Of a DNA stretch of 64,000 nt, positions 58,792 to 64,000 are shown one piece after another. Source of the DNA: Myxococcota bacterium (GTDB lineage Bacteria > Myxococcota_A > UBA9160 > UBA6930); assembly GCA_965223705.1 (NCBI GenBank), contig OZ245015.1:480001-544000 (forward strand). Direction: 5' to 3'. How positions within the stretch are numbered: the stretch's first letter is position 1; the number at the start of each line of letters is the position of its first letter. A model generated the notes under the pieces. The model searched no databases. It was not told the origin of the DNA and saw only the letters and a list, made by a program, of their open reading frames with translations. The position numbers were made by a program, and so were the translations under genes.

Positions 58792-60420
58792 CTAGTCTTC
58801 GGAAATCGGATCGAACAGATCGCCTTCGAGGATCTCGGAAATGACCGTGCCGATGTTGTTGTCCTCGCCTTCTTGCAGGGACTCGACGCCCGGTAGCGAC
58901 AGCACGAGATTTTCGAGTCGCTCCCCGATTTCTTGAGGCACGTTCTCGAACTGTAGGGCCACACCTTCCGGACCCTCGTTGCGAATCACTTCGGCTGCCA
59001 CCACGAGCGGTTCCTCGCGAGCGTCTCCGTAGACGGCGAGGCTGAGCTTCATTCCCGGCATCAGATCCGGCTGCGGGTCGACGCGCATACCGCCGGCCGA
59101 GATGTCGCGTCCCACCAGGACGCGCTCGGCGCGTTCCCCGAGCTGGGTGATTTGTTGGTCGTAGCGCGCGCGTTTCTCTTTGCGCCGCTCATCCGGGGAG
59201 CCTGGGCCCGCCGAGGGCAGCGAGTCTGCGTCGCCGCCGTGCTCTTCGGAAACGACCACCGGATCGTCCTCGTCGTCGAGGGCATCGGGGATGGTCGGCG
59301 CGTCGTCCTCATCGACAGGCGGTTCCGTCGGAGCATCGAAGCTCTCGGATTCCGCCGCGGCCGATTCGAGCGCATCGGTCGGGGTCGGCGCTTCGTCGCT
59401 CTCGACCTCGGGTGCGTCCTCGGCGTCCGCGCCGGCCCGCGGAGCTTCGCGATCGACGAATTCGCTGAGTCCGTCCTGCGAGTAGAGGTTCGGCTCGTGG
59501 ATGAACGGGCTCCCCTCGGTGATGTCCTCCTCTTCGGAGAACTCCATCTCGATCCCGTTCGGCTCCGGCGGCGGAACGACGGCGGGTACGTCCGGCGCCG
59601 GCTTTTTCGGTTTGCGAGCTTCCGCGGCTTTTCGGACGTCCTGCTTCGTCTGAGCACCGTGCGCCTTGGCAGCTTCCCGAGAGAGTACGGCGAGGTCGCG
59701 AGACCCCTGCAGCACGCGGTGAACTTGCCGCTTCGCGTCGAGGGTCATCTCCTCGAAGAGAAGGCCGATGCTCCACTGCTGGCTGCCGTCTTCGCGGGTC
59801 AGCGCTGTCGACCGGACGACCTTGGCTCGGATCGGGATCGGCTTGGCGCCGACCATGGCGCGATCGGGTTGCAGGGTGACGCGAGAACCCGTTTGGAGGT
59901 TGCGTTTCGAGAGAAGCCGACAACCCCGTAAGGAGAGGTCCGCCAAAATGGCGCTTCTGCGGCGGAGCCCCTGGCGGTAGTGAATCTCCGCTCCGATCGG
60001 AGCGCGGGTCTCCCTCCGCCGTTCATCACCCGCGTAGAGCGCGCGCAGGCACAGGAGTCGCAGGGCATACGGGTGGAACGGACGGCGCACGAGCATGTCG
60101 AAGCCGATCCGTCGCAGCATGCTCCGCAGGGTGTTGGAATCATCCGTCACCACCGCCACCCGCACCGGACCGGTCGTCGAAGTCACCCAGTTGCCGGCCA
60201 CCACCGCGCGACGCGAGCTCGCGACGAACAAGTGCTTCGGCGGGTCGACCCGCGCGGGGATGTTGCCGCCGCGCAGCCGTACGATGTCGTCGGTCAGCGT
60301 CAGCAAAACCTCGTGCACATCGTCGAGCTCCCCGTCGTCCAACAGAAGAACGGACGGAGCGGGATTCTGTCCGGGTGTGGTTTCCAAGCGCAGGTGTTCC
60401 TCAGGGCAGGAATCGGTCAA
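58792..60420 (-). CDS. Tandem PilZ-domain protein with receiver-like N-terminus and acidic linker
   Basis: ERRRETR...DLSLRG and ERRKEKR...DISAGG (RxxxR + D-x-S-x-x-G); VLLLDD N-terminal motif. Confidence 0.82.
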   Translation of the reverse strand: MTDSCPEEHLRLETTPGQNPAPSVLLLDDGELDDVHEVLLTLTDDIVRLRGGNIPARVDPPKHLFVASSRRAVVAGNWVTSTTGPVRVAVVTDDSNTLRSMLRRIGFDMLVRRPFHPYALRLLCLRALYAGDERRRETRAPIGAEIHYRQGLRRRSAILADLSLRGCRLLSKRNLQTGSRVTLQPDRAMVGAKPIPIRAKVVRSTALTREDGSQQWSIGLLFEEMTLDAKRQVHRVLQGSRDLAVLSREAAKAHGAQTKQDVRKAAEARKPKKPAPDVPAVVPPPEPNGIEMEFSEEEDITEGSPFIHEPNLYSQDGLSEFVDREAPRAGADAEDAPEVESDEAPTPTDALESAAAESESFDAPTEPPVDEDDAPTIPDALDDEDDPVVVSEEHGGDADSLPSAGPGSPDERRKEKRARYDQQITQLGERAERVLVGRDISAGGMRVDPQPDLMPGMKLSLAVYGDAREEPLVVAAEVIRNEGPEGVALQFENVPQEIGERLENLVLSLPGVESLQEGEDNNIGTVISEILEGDLFDPISED

Positions 60421-60432
60421 GCGCGCCCGCGG

Positions 60433-61197
60433 CTAAAGCTTCTCGTGGTTTTGCTGGATCGGGGCACCCGCGGTGATTCTTCGGACCGCAAAGTCCACGC
60501 AGACGGCGATCGCCAGAAGCGATGCGAAAAACACCCAGTTGGATGTGATAGCACCCAGAACCGCCAAGGTGTTGTTCGCGCTGTGGGCGACGATCGCCGG
60601 CAACGTGCTGCCGGTCCGCAACGCGAGTACTCCGAGGTACAGCCCCAAGGGAAACGCTGCGGTGGCGTGGACGGCATCGATATGGGCGAGCGCAAAGGCC
60701 AGGGCGGCGGCTGGAACGCAGAGGGCGCCGATGCTGTCGCGAAGCCATCGCTGCAGGAATCCGCGAAAAAAGATCTCCTCGCCGATACCGGGGGCGATGC
60801 CCAGGGCGAGAACGGCGAGCAGCGCGAGCGTTCCCCGGCTCTCCGCCAACAACTCCGCCACGGCGCCCAGGCTGCCGCTTTCGTCGAGAGACGCGAACCG
60901 CAGCAACCACGACAGGCCCGAGGAGAGGCCGCAAAACCCGAGAATCCAAAGCCGCAGTTCGCGCCGGCTCGCAGGGACGCTTGCGAACCCCAAACTGGCG
61001 GCGACTGCACGCCGTTGAAAGGCCACAGCGGCGACCGCCAGACCGACCCACATCACCTGAGACAGCAACGCCGCGACCAACAGACCCGCCGGGGCCAGCG
61101 CGTTTGTGACGCCGAGGGCCAGCGCGACGGCGCAGGCGGCCAGGCCGAGGGCCCCCCAGGCGAGGAGCGGCCGGGTCGATTCGGGGGCTTCGCGCAT
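60433..61197 (-). CDS. CPBP-family intramembrane metalloprotease
   Basis: EEIFFRG, FALAH, HSANN. Confidence 0.9.
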   Translation of the reverse strand: MREAPESTRPLLAWGALGLAACAVALALGVTNALAPAGLLVAALLSQVMWVGLAVAAVAFQRRAVAASLGFASVPASRRELRLWILGFCGLSSGLSWLLRFASLDESGSLGAVAELLAESRGTLALLAVLALGIAPGIGEEIFFRGFLQRWLRDSIGALCVPAAALAFALAHIDAVHATAAFPLGLYLGVLALRTGSTLPAIVAHSANNTLAVLGAITSNWVFFASLLAIAVCVDFAVRRITAGAPIQQNHEKL

Positions 61198-61254
61198 GGC
61201 GGGAAGAGTAGGCGCACAACGAGGTGGGCGTCCGGCCGCTGCTACCCTTGCCGC

Positions 61255-61806
61255 GTGTCCGACTCCCTCGCGCCCGCGTTCCTCGTCGCCATGCCCCAGC
61301 TCATGGACCCGAACTTTCGGGGCACCGTCGTCCTCGTGACGGAACATGACGAGAGCGGCAGCTTCGGGCTCGTCTTGAACCGGCCGACGGATCTCGCGAT
61401 GGAATCCCTGTGCGAGAACCTCGACATGGTCTGGGGAGGTCCATCGGACGCCACGGTGAATTGGGGAGGACCGGTGTCGCCCGATCACGGTTGGGTGCTC
61501 GTCGGAACCGCGGGAGCGGAATCCCTCTCCCTGGTCGATGTCGTTCCCGGGTTGCGCTTCACCAGTGCCCCGGACGATCTGCGACAACTCGCCGAGTCGC
61601 CGCCGGAGCAGATGCGCGTGTTTCTGGGCTTCGCCGGATGGGGACCGGGTCAGTTGGCACAGGAAATCGCCGCCGGCGCCTGGTTGGTCGCACCGGTATC
61701 GCCCGAAATCATTTTCGAGACCCCCGAAGGTCGCGCCTGGGAACGCGTGCTTCTCGACATGGGGATCAACCCGGCGATGTTGATATCGACCCAGGGGATC
61801 AACTAG
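61255..61806 (+). CDS. YqgE/AlgH family protein
   Basis: LVAMPQLMDPNF, GLVLNRP, GGPV, GFAGWGPGQL..EI..GAW. Confidence 0.93.
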   Translation: MSDSLAPAFLVAMPQLMDPNFRGTVVLVTEHDESGSFGLVLNRPTDLAMESLCENLDMVWGGPSDATVNWGGPVSPDHGWVLVGTAGAESLSLVDVVPGLRFTSAPDDLRQLAESPPEQMRVFLGFAGWGPGQLAQEIAAGAWLVAPVSPEIIFETPEGRAWERVLLDMGINPAMLISTQGIN

Positions 61807-61842
61807 TAGTACCGGTCAGCGCATGTCACGAAGGGAAATCGC

Positions 61843-62949
61843 ATGAAGGTGAAAGCAGCCGTAGCCGTCGAGGCGGCGAAGCCGCTCGAGATCGCAGAGA
61901 TCGACCTCGAAGGCCCGAAAGACGGAGAATGTCTCGTCCGACTCGCCGCCACCGGGGTGTGTCACACCGACGCCTTTACCCTTTCCGGGAGCGATCCCGA
62001 GGGACTCTTTCCCGCCGTGCTCGGTCACGAGGGCGCGGGGGTCGTCGAAGAAGTCGGTCCGTCGGTGCGCTCTCTCGAGCCAGGGGACCATGTGATCCCG
62101 CTGTACATTCCCGAATGCCGCGAGTGCAAGTTCTGCCTTTCGGGGAAGACGAACTTGTGCGGTCGCCTGCGCGAGACCCAAGGGCAGGGCCTCATGCCCG
62201 ACGGAACCAGCCGGTTGTCGTGGAACGGGCGTCCGGTCCACCACTACATGGGCACCTCGACGTTCGCCGAGTACACCGTCGTGCCGGAAATCGCCTTGGC
62301 CAAGGTGCGCAAAGACGCACCCCTCGACAAAGTGTGCCTGCTCGGTTGTGGGGTGACGACGGGCATCGGCGCTGTGCTCAACACGGCGAAGGCCGAGCCC
62401 GGCTGCTCGATCGCCGTCTTCGGACTCGGGGGCATCGGTCTTTCGGTGCTGCAAGGGGCGGGGATGGCGGGCGCGGAGCGCGTGATCGCGGTGGACACCA
62501 ATCCGAAGAAGTTCGAGCTCGCGCGCCAGTTCGGGGCGACGGATTGCATCAATCCGAACGATGTCGACGACGTCGCCGAAGCGATCATCGAGATGACCGA
62601 CGGGGGTGTCGACTACTCCTTCGAGTGCATCGGCAATGTGGAAGTCATGGGCCAGGCCCTGTGGTGCACCCACAAGGGGTGGGGACAGTCCATCATCATC
62701 GGCGTCGCCGGAGCGGGCCAGGAGATCCACGCCCGCCCGTTCTTGCTCGTGACGGGTCGCTCTTGGCGCGGAACGGCCTTCGGCGGGACGAAGGGCCGCA
62801 CGCAGCTTCCGCAGCTGGTCGACCGCTACATGTCCGGCCGCGTCAAGCTCGACGAGATGGTGAGTGCCACGCTCCCCCTCGAAGACATCAATCGGGCATT
62901 CGACCTCATGCACGAGGGCGAGGTCATCCGCAGCGTGATCACGTACTAG
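61843..62949 (+). CDS. frmA: S-(hydroxymethyl)glutathione dehydrogenase / class III alcohol dehydrogenase
   Basis: [29 protein letters not shown]...[26 protein letters not shown]. Confidence 0.96.
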   Translation: MKVKAAVAVEAAKPLEIAEIDLEGPKDGECLVRLAATGVCHTDAFTLSGSDPEGLFPAVLGHEGAGVVEEVGPSVRSLEPGDHVIPLYIPECRECKFCLSGKTNLCGRLRETQGQGLMPDGTSRLSWNGRPVHHYMGTSTFAEYTVVPEIALAKVRKDAPLDKVCLLGCGVTTGIGAVLNTAKAEPGCSIAVFGLGGIGLSVLQGAGMAGAERVIAVDTNPKKFELARQFGATDCINPNDVDDVAEAIIEMTDGGVDYSFECIGNVEVMGQALWCTHKGWGQSIIIGVAGAGQEIHARPFLLVTGRSWRGTAFGGTKGRTQLPQLVDRYMSGRVKLDEMVSATLPLEDINRAFDLMHEGEVIRSVITY

Positions 62950-63683
62950 AGCTCCGAGAAGAGCAGGCGGATGGCGATCACCGTGAGGACGCCTCGGTAG
63001 AGGCGATCGAACCACCGTTCGTTGACGCGGTCGAGGATCTTGGTCCCGACGAAGCTACCGAGTACGACGCACACCGACAGCGCGACGAGTGGGATCGCGA
63101 ACGCGAAGAACGCGAAGCCCGTCGCGCCGAACAAGACGATCTTGATGGCGTGACCCAACGCCTGGGTCGCCGCTTTCGTGCCGACCAGGGCGTGGCGTGA
63201 GAGGCCCGTGTTGAGGAAGAACGGGGCCGCGAAGGGTCCCGTCGCGCCGACCGTCATGTTGAGGAAGCCGACACAACCGCCGAGCGCGATGAAGCGTTTG
63301 CGGGGATCGATCGCCGACGGATCCATTCCCAGAAGTAGCCAACGCGGTCGCCACGTCGCGAGCAGGACGAAGACGCCGATCGCGATCCGCAGCGCGCTCG
63401 CGGGAAGCGCACCGCCCACGATGAGACCGACGATCGACGCCGGGAGCATGAGAACGGCGAAGTAACCGAGGATGTTCGGTGCGACGTGCTGCCGCTGAAA
63501 CCAAGCGCGCGACAGGTTCGAGACGAGTTGAATCACGCCGTGAAGAGGAAGGACGACCAGCGGTTCGAAAAACAGCAGCATCACCGCGAGCAGGGTGATA
63601 CCACCGGCGAGCCCGACGATCGCCGAGAGCATGGCTGTCGCGAAAGCGGCACCACACAAGATCGCCAGGGTCGCCGGCTCCAA
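62946..63683 (-). CDS. TauE/SafE (TSUP) family transporter
   Basis: GLAGG, QLVSN, VGATGP, GTKA; hydrophobic repeats. Confidence 0.85.
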   Translation of the reverse strand: MEPATLAILCGAAFATAMLSAIVGLAGGITLLAVMLLFFEPLVVLPLHGVIQLVSNLSRAWFQRQHVAPNILGYFAVLMLPASIVGLIVGGALPASALRIAIGVFVLLATWRPRWLLLGMDPSAIDPRKRFIALGGCVGFLNMTVGATGPFAAPFFLNTGLSRHALVGTKAATQALGHAIKIVLFGATGFAFFAFAIPLVALSVCVVLGSFVGTKILDRVNERWFDRLYRGVLTVIAIRLLFSEL

Positions 63684-63689
63684 GAGCGG

Positions 63690-64000
63690 CTAGGACTCGT
63701 CGGTTCGAGAGGCGACCCAGCCGAGAACCGAGCGGACGGAATCCGGATTTGGCAACAAGTGCCGCGCCCCGGTCACCGTCTCGGAAGTCCCGACGCGGAA
63801 CGTCATGGCCAGGCCCGAGAGAAAACGGAACGCGTCCTCGTCGGTCTGATCGTCGCCGATGTAGACGGCGCGAATCTGCTCCGACCAGGACGGGCCAAAG
63901 CGCTCGCGCAAGATATGAAGCACGGCGCGCCCCTTGTCCCAACCGATCGGCGGGCGCGCCTCCAAGGCGTCGTGGGCTTCGCGGGGCTGGTAGCCCGCCG
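63690..64000 (-). CDS. otsB: Trehalose-6-phosphate phosphatase domain (partial, 5' end outside window)
   Basis: EARPPIGWDKGRAV, YIGDDQTDEDAF, VG. Confidence 0.82.
   Translation of the reverse strand, partial: AGYQPREAHDALEARPPIGWDKGRAVLHILRERFGPSWSEQIRAVYIGDDQTDEDAFRFLSGLAMTFRVGTSETVTGARHLLPNPDSVRSVLGWVASRTDES

Overview
High-GC, densely coding bacterial chromosome window with about 65 genes. I see no rRNA, tRNA, CRISPR array or mobile element. Gene content (DUF6178-like protein, PilZ protein, F420-type LLM enzyme, tungsten AORs) suggests a Myxococcota/deltaproteobacterial-like lineage, which is inference only. Main blocks: (i) a nuoEF-like / mobA-moaD fusion / AOR / formate dehydrogenase / MFS operon; (ii) an Rrf2-sufBCDSU-sufT operon with a tandem palindromic operator; (iii) an aminotransferase-luxE-luxC operon without luxAB; (iv) a sirtuin directly followed by a 71-aa histone-fold gene with a Lys/Arg-rich N-terminal tail, plus an H1-like KK-repeat protein about 9 kb away that starts with almost the same peptide; (v) acnA, a lipid kinase and a queuosine-salvage gene; (vi) an exported cyclohexadienyl dehydratase-chorismate mutase-like fusion; (vii) a second AOR with moaD and two moeA genes; plus housekeeping genes. 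The strongest candidate for an undescribed system is the tailed histone + Sir2 deacylase (+ H1-like protein) module. All product calls come from motif recognition by eye. No database searches were run, and several start codons were re-chosen by hand.
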